DNA of 39,216 bases. Source: a virus. Lineage: Duplodnaviria; Caudoviricetes. Under the pieces are notes generated by a model that was not told the origin of the DNA, searched no databases, and saw only the letters and a list, made by a program, of their open reading frames with translations. The position numbers and the translations under genes were made by a program. Positions 7,701-15,704 of this stretch are shown here, piece after piece; within the stretch, counting starts at the first letter, position 1; every line of letters starts with the position of its first letter. Location: the IMG/VR virus record IMGVR_UViG_3300042196_000276, positions 1-39,216 of that record. One strand, given 5' to 3'.

Positions 7701-7921
7701 AGAACCCGGAGGCTGACATGGTAAAGACTTATACGAGCACGGGTGCCGGCCAGCGGATGGCACAGCGCGAGTCCGACCCGGCCCGGCGCTTCGGCAGGCT
7801 CTTCAGGGCGGCCGAGGATCTGGACCTCGGACGGGACGATATCGGCCTGCTGATTAAGCTGCGGCCCGACCGATACGAGGCCTTGAGACTCTTTCACCTC
7901 TACCTCCCGCTGCCGGCATGA
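7697..7921 (+). CDS. Hypothetical protein
   Basis: ATGA overlaps at both ends. Confidence 0.6.
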   Translation: MKNPEADMVKTYTSTGAGQRMAQRESDPARRFGRLFRAAEDLDLGRDDIGLLIKLRPDRYEALRLFHLYLPLPA

Positions 7922-8376
7922 AGCTCGGCCCGCCGCCGGCGCACCTGCCGGTCGGGTGGACGACGGGGCTATCGCCGGCGAGAATCCTCCGAGTAGCGCT
8001 CGTCGAGCTCCACGGTCGCCCGCTCGCCGTCTTCGACCACCACAAGGGGTATAAGCGGGTCTACCTCGGCCGCGGCAACCCCTACGCCGACAGCAGCGGC
8101 TGCACGACGTTGCACCGCTGGGTCATGCAGCGGACCCTCGGCCGCCGGCTGCCGTGGTGGCAGCACGTCCACCACCGGCCCGGTGCCCTGAAGACCAGCG
8201 TCAACGTCAATGACCTGGAGATCCTGGAGATGGAAGATCACGGGCGGTGGCACTGGCGCCGCAGCGCCGGGCGTCTCGACATCGACTGCAACTGCCGGTT
8301 TAGCTCGGAGGAGTTGGCCGTCGAGGCCAACAACTACGCCGCTGCAACGCAGCCGGCAAGAGAGGAGTGGTTCTGA
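7918..8376 (+). CDS. HNH endonuclease
   Basis: LHRWVM...HVHH...VNDLEILEMEDHGRWH is an HNH_3-like pattern. Confidence 0.8.
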   Translation: MKLGPPPAHLPVGWTTGLSPARILRVALVELHGRPLAVFDHHKGYKRVYLGRGNPYADSSGCTTLHRWVMQRTLGRRLPWWQHVHHRPGALKTSVNVNDLEILEMEDHGRWHWRRSAGRLDIDCNCRFSSEELAVEANNYAAATQPAREEWF

Positions 8377-8699
8377 CGAAAAAGGAAGCGCGTTTTCTGG
8401 CGCACCGCACCCAGGTCGCCGCCAGCGGCCGTCACCGGCACCGCGCCGGCTTGGTTCGCGCACGACTCGCCGGCGGCGCCAAACGCGTCGAGATGGAGTT
8501 CACCAGGGAGTTGGAGGCGGACCTGGTCAAGGCGGTGCTGCCTCCGAACCTCAGCGAGAAGGTCGACTTCGTGGTCTTGTCGAAGAGCCCCTGGTGGGAG
8601 TTCTCGACGTTCGCGAAAGCGGAACGCGAAGAGCGCCGCCGGAAAGAGGCGCCGCCGATGCTTCCGCTGGACAACACGGGCCACAAGGATGCCGACTGA
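8367..8699 (+). CDS. Hypothetical protein
   Basis: Overlapping operon context. Confidence 0.55.
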   Translation: MVLTKKEARFLAHRTQVAASGRHRHRAGLVRARLAGGAKRVEMEFTRELEADLVKAVLPPNLSEKVDFVVLSKSPWWEFSTFAKAEREERRRKEAPPMLPLDNTGHKDAD

Positions 8700-9018
8700 G
8701 CTTCCCTGGCACCCCTGGCCCGGGCGCGAGCCGAAGGAGCACTGCCAGCGCGCGGTGCTGCGGCTGAGCGACGGCCGCGAGGCCTCTGGTGCCTTCAACA
8801 AGGAAGAGCACGAGTGGTGGGTCAAGGACCCGCGGTACGGCTGGGCGCCGGCCGTCGAGGGCGAGGTGGTGGAGTTTCGGCAGGTTCTCGAACGCCGGCC
8901 GCCAGGCCCGAGCCAGGAGTTGCTGGACGACCCGTGGAGCGTCGGACTCCGGCTCTACTGGTTTCTGGTGAAATGGTGCCCGAAAAGCCGACTCGCATCC
9001 AGATTGAAAGTGTGGTAA
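8689..9018 (+). CDS. Hypothetical protein
   Basis: Overlapping operon context; Trp-rich. Confidence 0.55.
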   Translation: MPTELPWHPWPGREPKEHCQRAVLRLSDGREASGAFNKEEHEWWVKDPRYGWAPAVEGEVVEFRQVLERRPPGPSQELLDDPWSVGLRLYWFLVKWCPKSRLASRLKVW

Positions 9019-9101
9019 GAACGCCATGCTATGGCCTGGTTCGACCTGCTCCTCGCCGCTGCCGGCGGCGGTGGTATCGCCGCGGCCCTGGAGGCCGGCG
9101 G

Positions 9102-9509
9102 GTGAGCGACGTCAAGCCCAACGGCAACGGCCGCTCCATCATCTCGAAGGAGTCGCTGCTGCCGCTCGGCGTCGTGATCGGGCTCGTCTACGCCGCTTTC
9201 AGTGCCGGCGCCGAGTGGACGTCCCGAGGCGCCTCGATCCGGGTGATGGAGGCGCAGGTCGAGAAGCTGGAGAAGCGGGTCTGGACGATGGAGTCCGGAC
9301 TCGAATTCTTCCGGCGGAACGTCGAGCGGAAGCTCGGCCCCCTGCCGGACTACAAGCCAACGGAGAACGAAGATGAGCGAAGAAGAAGAGATCTGCAGAA
9401 TCATCAAGCAAGGAAACGCCCTGAAGGGCAACATCCAATCCCTGCTCGACACCCAGGGCCGCGGCCTTCTGCCGCGGCTCAAGATCCAGATGGCGATCGC
9501 CATCGCTGA
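9102..9509 (+). CDS. Single-TM plus coiled-coil membrane protein (holin or lysis-accessory candidate)
   Basis: GTG 9102; TM LLPLGVVIGLVYAAFSAGA then the heptad IRVMEAQVEKLEKRV. The C-terminal part overlaps the next ORF and looks like read-through. Confidence 0.5.
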   Translation: MSDVKPNGNGRSIISKESLLPLGVVIGLVYAAFSAGAEWTSRGASIRVMEAQVEKLEKRVWTMESGLEFFRRNVERKLGPLPDYKPTENEDERRRRDLQNHQARKRPEGQHPIPARHPGPRPSAAAQDPDGDRHR

Positions 9510-9552
9510 GAAGGCGAACCGGCAGCTGGAAGAGCTGCTGGACGCTATCTGA
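9373..9552 (+). CDS. 59-aa helical hypothetical protein (not in the ORF track)
   Basis: GGAG RBS, then MSEEEEICRIIKQG...LEELLDAI* (translated by hand). Confidence 0.55.
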   Translation: MSEEEEICRIIKQGNALKGNIQSLLDTQGRGLLPRLKIQMAIAIAEKANRQLEELLDAI

Positions 9553-9571
9553 AGGCCAAGGGACGCCGGCT

Positions 9572-9838
9572 GTGACCCTCCGCGAGAAGCAGAGCCTCTT
9601 CGTCTGCCTGCTCGGCAGGCTGATCGCACATGTCTACGGCCGGGGCTGGGAGCTGACCCTCGGAGAGGGCTACCGCGGCGACCGGCAGGGGCACATGCGC
9701 GGCAGCCTGCACTACGATACAGACCCGGCCTGGCTGGAGATCGGCGAGGAGTGGGAGCGCATGCACCAGCTCTGCCGGTGGGGCGGGCGCTTCGGCGACG
9801 CGAATCACTTCAGCCTCGCCGACAGTAGCAGGGCTTGA
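9572..9838 (+). CDS. M15-family (L-Ala-D-Glu type) peptidase endolysin with an apparent internal deletion; possibly inactive
   Basis: LREKQSLF...GWELTLGEGYR...SLH...IGEEWE...RWGGRFGDANHFSL. The AxD zinc-ligand segment expected after SLH is absent. Confidence 0.75.
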   Translation: MTLREKQSLFVCLLGRLIAHVYGRGWELTLGEGYRGDRQGHMRGSLHYDTDPAWLEIGEEWERMHQLCRWGGRFGDANHFSLADSSRA

Positions 9839-9845
9839 GGCCGCC

Positions 9846-9974
9846 ATGGGCGACCCCGTACAGCGCTTCTTTCTCTTACTCGCCAAGAGCATCCGCGACG
9901 CCATGCTGCGTCTGGTGGCGCTGGTCATGGCAATTATGTTGGCGGTCGGCGCGCTGATCTACTGGCTCTGGTAG
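9846..9974 (+). CDS. 42-aa single-TM membrane protein (not in the ORF track)
   Basis: GAGG RBS, then MGDPVQRFF...LVALVMAIMLAVGALIYWLW*. Confidence 0.5.
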   Translation: MGDPVQRFFLLLAKSIRDAMLRLVALVMAIMLAVGALIYWLW

Positions 9975-10006
9975 CCTGAAGCCCCGCTCGGAAGCGGGGC
10001 TTCAGG
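9975..10006. terminator. 14-bp perfect hairpin between convergent transcripts (lysis region and tRNA)
   Basis: CCTGAAGCCCCGCT-CGGA-AGCGGGGCTTCAGG. Confidence 0.75.
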
Positions 10007-10052
10007 GGCAGAAACCGGTTGCCGGCCGTCGGAATACGGGTTGTCGAAATCG

Positions 10053-10127
10053 TGGTTGCGGGGACCGGAATCGAACCGGTGGTGTCCGGGTTATGAGTCC
10101 GGGCTGACTACCAACAGCCACCCCGCG
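10053..10127 (-). tRNA. tRNA-Met(CAT), initiator (fMet) type, with encoded CCA
   Basis: CGCGGGG...CTCATAA...ACCGG-TTCGATT-CCGGT-CCCCGCA-ACCA. The C1:A72 mismatch is typical of initiator tRNA. Confidence 0.9.
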
Positions 10128-10192
10128 TCAAGCGGCGCCGAGCTCCGGCCAAGGAGGAGGTGCGAGAGACCCTGCGGCTCGGCGCCGACCAG

Positions 10193-10234
10193 ATGATAGC
10201 AGGTCTGTACACGACCCGCAACGGGTGGTACAAT
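10193..10234. promoter_or_regulatory. Overlapping divergent promoters: minus strand TTGCGG-17-TATCAT (tRNA) and plus strand TGTACA-17-TACAAT (gene 10293), both with extended -10 TG
   Basis: Minus -10 at 10198-10193 and -35 at 10221-10216; plus -35 at 10206-10211 and -10 at 10229-10234. Confidence 0.6.
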
Positions 10235-10292
10235 CGGCGGGCCGGCACCAGAGAGCTACCTCTGACGCCGAACTGAGGAAGAGAGGTTCCCC

Positions 10293-11066
10293 ATGCCCGC
10301 CGAAAGAAATCTTACCGCCGATCAGGCACGAGACTGGCGTTACCGAGACCCCAGCGACCCGGCCAAGATCGTGCTCTACTCGTCGGACGAGGCCGCCGAG
10401 CCGGTCAGGGTGAGGCTCTCCTCGCTGTGCCCCAAGAGACGGGGGCCAATCCCTGGGTTCGTCGACGCCTGGTTGAGTCGGGCCGGCCGCCCCTACACAG
10501 GCGGGGAGGCCGAGCGCCTCGCTCGGTACGACGGATGCACGCACCGGGAGTGCTCGCGCTGTGGTGAGCCGGCACCGAAGCTCCGGACCGCCTGCGAGAA
10601 GTGTATCGCGGCCGCGTCCCGGGAGAGGCACCTTGCGCTGCCGACCGCCAACTACGGGGATTGGCCGGTCGATGCGCTCTTCGTCGGCGACAGCTTCTTC
10701 GCGGACGAAGACGAGCTGCTCGAGTACCTGCATGACGAGGGCCTCCACCCCGCAGGGGTAGAGATCCAGTTCTGCAAGGCGGCGCCGCCAGTTCTCCTCG
10801 ACGTTTGGTGGGAGGGGATCGACGCTCCGGAGGAGTGCGACCCGCCAGAGGCGCTGCTTCGGGCTCACGCGGTGTGGCGGGAGGCGGTGCAGCTTCAGTG
10901 GCCCGAGTGGTACGCTCCTGGTCCGGCTCGGCCACTCCGGCTGACGGCCGGCGTCCGGCCGGATGAGGCGACTATTGCCGCCTGGTCAAGCGCTCTAGGG
11001 TGGCACCCCGAGGAATCTCACGCCGCCATCGCCGCCGCGAGAAAGGTCGGCAATGACGAAGCGTGA
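10293..11066 (+). CDS. Hypothetical phage protein with a zinc ribbon
   Basis: ARYDGCTHRECSRCG...ACEKC; GAGG RBS. Confidence 0.75.
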   Translation: MPAERNLTADQARDWRYRDPSDPAKIVLYSSDEAAEPVRVRLSSLCPKRRGPIPGFVDAWLSRAGRPYTGGEAERLARYDGCTHRECSRCGEPAPKLRTACEKCIAAASRERHLALPTANYGDWPVDALFVGDSFFADEDELLEYLHDEGLHPAGVEIQFCKAAPPVLLDVWWEGIDAPEECDPPEALLRAHAVWREAVQLQWPEWYAPGPARPLRLTAGVRPDEATIAAWSSALGWHPEESHAAIAAARKVGNDEA

Positions 11067-11235
11067 GATCAAGCGGCTCGCGTGCTTCTTGTGTTCGCGG
11101 GTTTTGAAGAACGCGCTCGACAACGGCTGGGAAGTCGGCGCCGTAGTCAGCGACGAGGTTTATGGCAAGAAGATCCGAGACGCGGTCGCTGAAGTGGTTG
11201 AAGAGCTCGCCTCGCGGGGACGGGGACGGCGGTGA
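11053..11235 (+). CDS. Hypothetical protein
   Basis: Operon context; AAAGG RBS. Confidence 0.6.
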   Translation: MTKREIKRLACFLCSRVLKNALDNGWEVGAVVSDEVYGKKIRDAVAEVVEELASRGRGRR

Positions 11236-11284
11236 CCGACTTTCCGGTTATCCACCCCGAGGCCGGCGGCGCGGGGGCGTGGCA

Positions 11285-12205
11285 GTGAGCATCTGGAGCG
11301 AGCCACGGTCTACAGGCCAGCGTTGCGGAGGCTGTGGGAGGATTACACCTCCAGGACCGTATTTCCCCGCCATTCACCCCGCCGAATATGTGTGGGGCGA
11401 AGGGTCGATCGAGACGCTGGACCGGATGCTACTGTCTGCGGTCAGGGCCGCTCGGCTCGCCTACCTCAATGAACCAGATCTGCAAGTCGCTGCCCGCGGC
11501 TACGGCTACAGCGCAGACCTGATCGATCCGGGAGGGCGCGGCGACGCGCAGGCGGTGGTGCTACGCCGGGCAGGGCTCGTCGTGATCGCCTATCGCGGAT
11601 CGAGCTCGCGCAGCGACTTCCGTGCCGACGTCCGCAGCCTGTGGCGGCGCCGGTACCGTCACCTGCCGGTCGGGCGCATGGGCGCCGGCTTCGCCGACCA
11701 ACACGATGAGCTGGAGGCCGCCATACTCCGCTACGCGTGGCGGGCGGCCGATAGCGGCGACGAGATCGTGCTGGTAGGGCACAGTCTCGGCGGCGCGCTG
11801 GTGCTCCCCGGTGTGCTGACGCTTCGCGCGGCCGGGATCCGTGTTCGTCACGGGATCACCATGGGGGCGCCGAGGGTGCTGAACACCAGGTCGGCGGCGT
11901 GGTGGATCGAGAGCGTCGATACTCCGCTATGGCGTGTTGTCCACGTGCGCCACGGAGCGGTCGACATCGTCACCCGAGCGCCGCCGTCCTCCTTCGGCGC
12001 CCGGCACATGGGGCTGCCCGTGATGATCGCGGGCTACGAGACCATCTTTGGGCGACCGCAGTGGCGGGAGTACAAGCGCAGCCACCCGGTGCCATGGTGG
12101 AAGAGCCTGCAGCCGGTGAGTCGGCTCGTGGGAGCGATCCAAGCGCACCTGGCGGCGTCACTGGAAGAGACGCTGGCGGAGCGACTGGCCGTGAGCGTCT
12201 CTTGA
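11285..12205 (+). CDS. Class-3 lipase (alpha/beta hydrolase); start uncertain (11162, 11279 or 11285)
   Basis: VIAYRGS, nucleophile elbow VGHSLGG, TMGAPRV, DIVTRAP (catalytic Asp) and a C-terminal His (QAH). Confidence 0.9.
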   Translation: MSIWSEPRSTGQRCGGCGRITPPGPYFPAIHPAEYVWGEGSIETLDRMLLSAVRAARLAYLNEPDLQVAARGYGYSADLIDPGGRGDAQAVVLRRAGLVVIAYRGSSSRSDFRADVRSLWRRRYRHLPVGRMGAGFADQHDELEAAILRYAWRAADSGDEIVLVGHSLGGALVLPGVLTLRAAGIRVRHGITMGAPRVLNTRSAAWWIESVDTPLWRVVHVRHGAVDIVTRAPPSSFGARHMGLPVMIAGYETIFGRPQWREYKRSHPVPWWKSLQPVSRLVGAIQAHLAASLEETLAERLAVSVS

Positions 12206-12726
12206 CGAGCCCCTTGACGTCTGTGCTACCCTTGGGGGGGGCGGCGGGGGGAGGGAGGAGACACGCCATCCCTGCTCTGGAGTCTGCGACCAGAGCAGCC
12301 GAGCGAGGGTCGCCGCCGAACCAGCGGTTCGCGACTGAGGCGCTACGCGGGCGCGCGTGGTGGAAGCGGTAATGGCATGGGGCATCCAGGACGGCGGATG
12401 GGGCTCGACCCACCCCTCTTACGTCGCGTCACCGCCTTGCCGCCTCACTGCCGCCTCACTACCGCTTCATCGCCTCATGCTACTGCCGCGCCGACTTCCC
12501 CGCTCACGCCCGTAACTGTTGACGCTGCTCGACTTAGTCCGAATAGCTGAGTTGACATAATGTACCATTATCGGCGCGGCAGCTGTTCCGGCGGCGAGGC
12601 GCTGGCAGCAGGTGGGGGGTTTCGGCCAAGGGGGAGAAACCAGATTTCCCGCGGTAGATTTCCGTCCGCCCGCTCCAAGTCACTAGGCCACAGCTCCGGG
12701 GAGAAATCGTCTCTCTACACTGTCTA

Positions 12727-12756
12727 TTGCTATCTGCTGAGATCTGCTGATACAGT
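12727..12756 (+). promoter_or_regulatory. Promoter for the small-gene array: TTGCTA-18-TACAGT with extended -10 and a tandem ATCTGCTGA repeat in the spacer
   Basis: Read from the sequence; flanked by the inverted pair ACACTGT/ACAGTGT. Confidence 0.55.
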
Positions 12757-12799
12757 GTCACCAGGTCGCCGATGCTGGCGGCCAGAAGCCAGGAGGATC

Positions 12800-13000
12800 A
12801 TGACCAATCAACCCATGACCAGAAACCTCGAAGAGCTCGCCGCAGACGTCGACCACGACGCGCGGCGTATCGACCGGATCGACGCTGCCCTGTTGGCTGC
12901 CGCCAAAGAGCTCGCCTCTTTGGCCCGCGACGAGCAGGCCGACATCACCGAGATCCGCCTCCGCGTGCTGCGGGTCGCGCAGGTCCTAGGAGCCGAGTAA
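12800..13000 (+). CDS. Small helical hypothetical protein (array gene 1)
   Basis: AGGAGG RBS; ends GCC GAG TAA. Confidence 0.75.
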   Translation: MTNQPMTRNLEELAADVDHDARRIDRIDAALLAAAKELASLARDEQADITEIRLRVLRVAQVLGAE

Positions 13001-13013
13001 CGGAGGAATCGCC

Positions 13014-13238
13014 ATGACCCATCTAGAATTCGCCGCCCTGGAGTCCAGGGCTCTTGACATCGGCCCATGGGACCGATGGATCGAGGAGGCCGAAGCTCTT
13101 GCCGGTCACAGTCTCGACGGCGACGAGCCGTCAGGTGACGGGTACAGCCTCGACTCCGCTCACTATGCATACGAGGCCGGCTACTCGCCGGCCGAGTATG
13201 TCGAGCAGGCCGCCTGCACGCCGCGCCGCGCCGAGTGA
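13014..13238 (+). CDS. Small acidic hypothetical protein (array gene 2)
   Basis: GGAGG RBS; ends GCC GAG TGA inside the repeat. Confidence 0.75.
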   Translation: MTHLEFAALESRALDIGPWDRWIEEAEALAGHSLDGDEPSGDGYSLDSAHYAYEAGYSPAEYVEQAACTPRRAE

Positions 13239-13283
13239 CTAGCGGTCAGCGCCGGACTACCACGGCGCTGGACGGTGGGCACT
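13230..13283. repeat. 54-bp hairpin repeat, copy 1
   Basis: GCCGAGTGACTAGCGGTCAGCGCCGGACTACCACGGCGCTGGACGGTGGGCACT; one mismatch to copy 2. Confidence 0.9.
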
Positions 13284-13310
13284 GACACGCACCAAAAGGA
13301 GGATCAGATC

Positions 13311-13430
13311 ATGGACACCGAATCCACAGCACTCAGCCTCGCCCGCATCTGCCGGCTCGCATCCCTCGCCGCACTCTGGGGGACGTTGCTCATCACGGCC
13401 GCTACACTGGCCCTGGGAGCGGGGCGATGA
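13311..13430 (+). CDS. 39-aa hydrophobic peptide (array gene 3, not in the track)
   Basis: AAAAGGAGG RBS; MDTESTALSLARICRLASLAALWGTLLITAATLALGAGR*; ATGA overlap with the next gene. Confidence 0.6.
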   Translation: MDTESTALSLARICRLASLAALWGTLLITAATLALGAGR

Positions 13431-13669
13431 ACAGCCATCGACTCAACATGAACCGTCAAGAGCTGGACTGGCTGCTCAGCGACGGGCACGCGCACTACTC
13501 CCTGGACCGCCTTGGGGGCTTCGTCCTCGCGATACTCGCGCACCTGATCGACAAGGAGGCGGCCGACGAGCGTCGCGAGTCCCTGGCCCTTGGGCCGGGG
13601 ACAACCGACATCTCGGACCAGGGCGGTGGGCGCGGCCGGAGGGTACCGCCGAGGCCACCAGCCGAGTGA
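13427..13669 (+). CDS. Small hypothetical protein (array gene 4)
   Basis: ATGA-coupled; ends GCC GAG TGA inside repeat copy 2. Confidence 0.65.
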   Translation: MNSHRLNMNRQELDWLLSDGHAHYSLDRLGGFVLAILAHLIDKEAADERRESLALGPGTTDISDQGGGRGRRVPPRPPAE

Positions 13670-13714
13670 CTAGCGGTCAGCGCCGGACTACTACGGCGCT
13701 GGACGGTGGGCACT
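13661..13714. repeat. 54-bp hairpin repeat, copy 2
   Basis: Identical to 13230-13283 except for a C>T change in the loop. Confidence 0.9.
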
Positions 13715-13949
13715 ACAGCACCACCTGACCTGACCCTCCCGGCCAGCGGCTCGCGGTATCCTCCGCCGAGCTCGCTGATCGAACCCACCCCACCCCCGGC
13801 GGCTGGCAGACGGTCGCCGGGGGCCTCCCAGGCCCGACAACAGGACCGGAGGCCGGCTCGCCGGGGCATGCTAGACTCCTTCGGCCAGCCCGCTACGCCC
13901 TGCGGCTCTTCCTGCCGTAGCGCTTTCGGCCGGCACCCGAGGAGGCAAG

Positions 13950-14453
13950 ATGTCGAAGAAGCTTGTAGCCTTCAAGATCGCCGAGGAGCTCCACGTCCGG
14001 CTTTGCGAGCAACGTCGGGCCGATGGTCTGACCTGGCCAGAGTGGGGAGAGCAAGCCGCCAGGGCATATCTGGGGGGTATTCCGGAGTTGTGCTCCACTA
14101 CCGGCGACCACGGGCAGAGCGTCCCCCGCAATGTCGCCGTTCGGCTCGTCCGGGGGTTTTTGAAACGAGACATCGACCACAACCGCCGCGGCACCGCGCA
14201 CCTCGACGCCGAGGCCGAGCGAGTCGTCGACCTGGCCCTGGCGCCGCTAGAGACGGCAATGGTACCGGACTGCTGCCGCTACGAGCCGGAGACGGACAAG
14301 TTTCACGTCGTGGTCGACGGCGAGTCCTACGAGCTCGGTCCCGGCGAGACGCCGGCCAAGCACGCCACGACCCGCCTGCCGCCTTCGGGGGGTCTCGGCG
14401 ACCGCATCGCGCTCCTGGTGCGCCGCGACCATCGGAGTCGTTCTGCTGGATAG
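13950..14453 (+). CDS. Hypothetical protein with a possible ribbon-helix-helix N-terminus
   Basis: GAGGAGG RBS; KKLVAFKIAEELHVRL...GLTWPEWGEQAARAYL resembles RHH proteins. Confidence 0.6.
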   Translation: MSKKLVAFKIAEELHVRLCEQRRADGLTWPEWGEQAARAYLGGIPELCSTTGDHGQSVPRNVAVRLVRGFLKRDIDHNRRGTAHLDAEAERVVDLALAPLETAMVPDCCRYEPETDKFHVVVDGESYELGPGETPAKHATTRLPPSGGLGDRIALLVRRDHRSRSAG

Positions 14454-14639
14454 CTGCGCCTGTCCGGCGCCATCCAAGGACGAGCGGTATTGCGGGTGGC
14501 TCGATCCCGGCCGCCCCGCGGTGTTCTGGCACGGGCGACATGGCGAGCTGTGCTCTTGCGGGTGCCACGACGGCACCCGGACGCCGAAAGACGCGTGGCC
14601 AATGGCCTCCGCCACCGCGCCGTCGTCGCGCTGACCGGG

Positions 14640-14725
14640 TTGACACCGACCACCCCGTCTTGATATAGCTGTGCCCAGGGTGTTCGATTCCTGAACACCC
14701 CACGTGTTCGGAAGCCGAACACGTG
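14640..14725 (+). promoter_or_regulatory. Probable promoter for the virion operon (TTGACA-18-TATAGC, with extended -10 TG) followed by an 11-bp hairpin
   Basis: TTGACA at 14640-14645; CACGTGTTCGG-AAG-CCGAACACGTG at 14701-14725. Confidence 0.5.
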
Positions 14726-14744
14726 TAGCAGAAAGGGCACACTC

Positions 14745-14954
14745 ATGGACTACATCAAGGGCCTCGGCAGCGGACGCTCGCAGGGCGGCCCCCACGATCG
14801 CGACGACGGCGGAGGCGCCAGCGTCACCAAGCGCAACCGGATCAGCTTCGACGGGCTCCAGACTTCGCAGCCCTATGCAAAGTCTGGCAAGTCGAAGCAG
14901 TACCGCAACCCCAAGCGGCTCACGATCACCGACCGCGGCCAGACGCGGGCGTAG
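14745..14954 (+). CDS. Small basic Gly-rich protein
   Basis: First ORF of the late operon; GAAAGGG RBS-like sequence. Confidence 0.6.
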   Translation: MDYIKGLGSGRSQGGPHDRDDGGGASVTKRNRISFDGLQTSQPYAKSGKSKQYRNPKRLTITDRGQTRA

Positions 14955-14956
14955 TC

Positions 14957-15532
14957 GTGGAGCGAAGAAGCTCTCAGGAGCTCCACCGCGTGGTAGTGGA
15001 GTGCATCGAAGAGCTCGAAGGGCGAGCTCTTGCCGGGGAGCTTGTCGCCGTCCACAAGGTCATCAGCAAACACCAGATGCACCGGTGGGTCTTCTACCGG
15101 CATCTGAAGGAGCACCCCGTGCTCCTTCAACGTTTCAACGATTTGAGCCTCCACCTCGACACAGAGCTTATGGACCGCGCCTTCGAGCTCACGCTGCAAA
15201 GCGCCGACAATTTGAAGGCGGACGGCTTCGACTTCAGACAGGCCAACCAGGTTTTGCAGCATCTGAAGCTCAGGGCCGGCGCGGCGGCCTACCACGGCAG
15301 GGATACGCCACTCATCGAAGCCGGCCTCGAGATCCGGCGTCTCGAAGGCAACGTGACGCACGACCTCGGAGCCAGGGCCGTCGAGGCGCTGGGGGTATTC
15401 GCCTCGATCAGCAACCGTCTCCAGCCGCCGGCACTGCCGGCGAAGCTCGACGCGGAGGTGCTTGAGGCCGAGGTCGTCGGGGTACTCGACCTTGACTCGG
15501 GGGAGATTCGCCAGGAGGCCTTCGATGGCTGA
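14957..15532 (+). CDS. Putative terminase small subunit
   Basis: Position upstream of TerL, size and a helical N-terminus. No diagnostic motif. Confidence 0.55.
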   Translation: MERRSSQELHRVVVECIEELEGRALAGELVAVHKVISKHQMHRWVFYRHLKEHPVLLQRFNDLSLHLDTELMDRAFELTLQSADNLKADGFDFRQANQVLQHLKLRAGAAAYHGRDTPLIEAGLEIRRLEGNVTHDLGARAVEALGVFASISNRLQPPALPAKLDAEVLEAEVVGVLDLDSGEIRQEAFDG

Positions 15533-15704
15533 CCCACGGAGCGCCTGCCCGGTGCAGTGGCTACGCACCTTCAACCTCGGCGGCCACCTGAATCTCTTCG
15601 CTTGGCGTCGGCCCGTGCGCGGGATGCCATGGTTGAAGCACTGGCACTCCCTCGCCTATAACCGCCTGGAGCGCCGCCTCGAAATTGTGGAGCTGTGGCG
15701 GTGA
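15525..15704 (+). CDS. Small Trp-rich hypothetical protein
   Basis: AGGAGG RBS; bridges TerS and TerL with overlaps. Confidence 0.5.
   Translation: MADPRSACPVQWLRTFNLGGHLNLFAWRRPVRGMPWLKHWHSLAYNRLERRLEIVELWR

Noticed and set aside
10053-10127. tRNA as an attP integration site
   Set aside because: No integrase was recognised, and the tRNA is full length with its own promoter.
13230-13714. 54-bp repeats as a CRISPR array
   Set aside because: There are only two copies, separated by 377 bp of coding sequence, and no cas genes.
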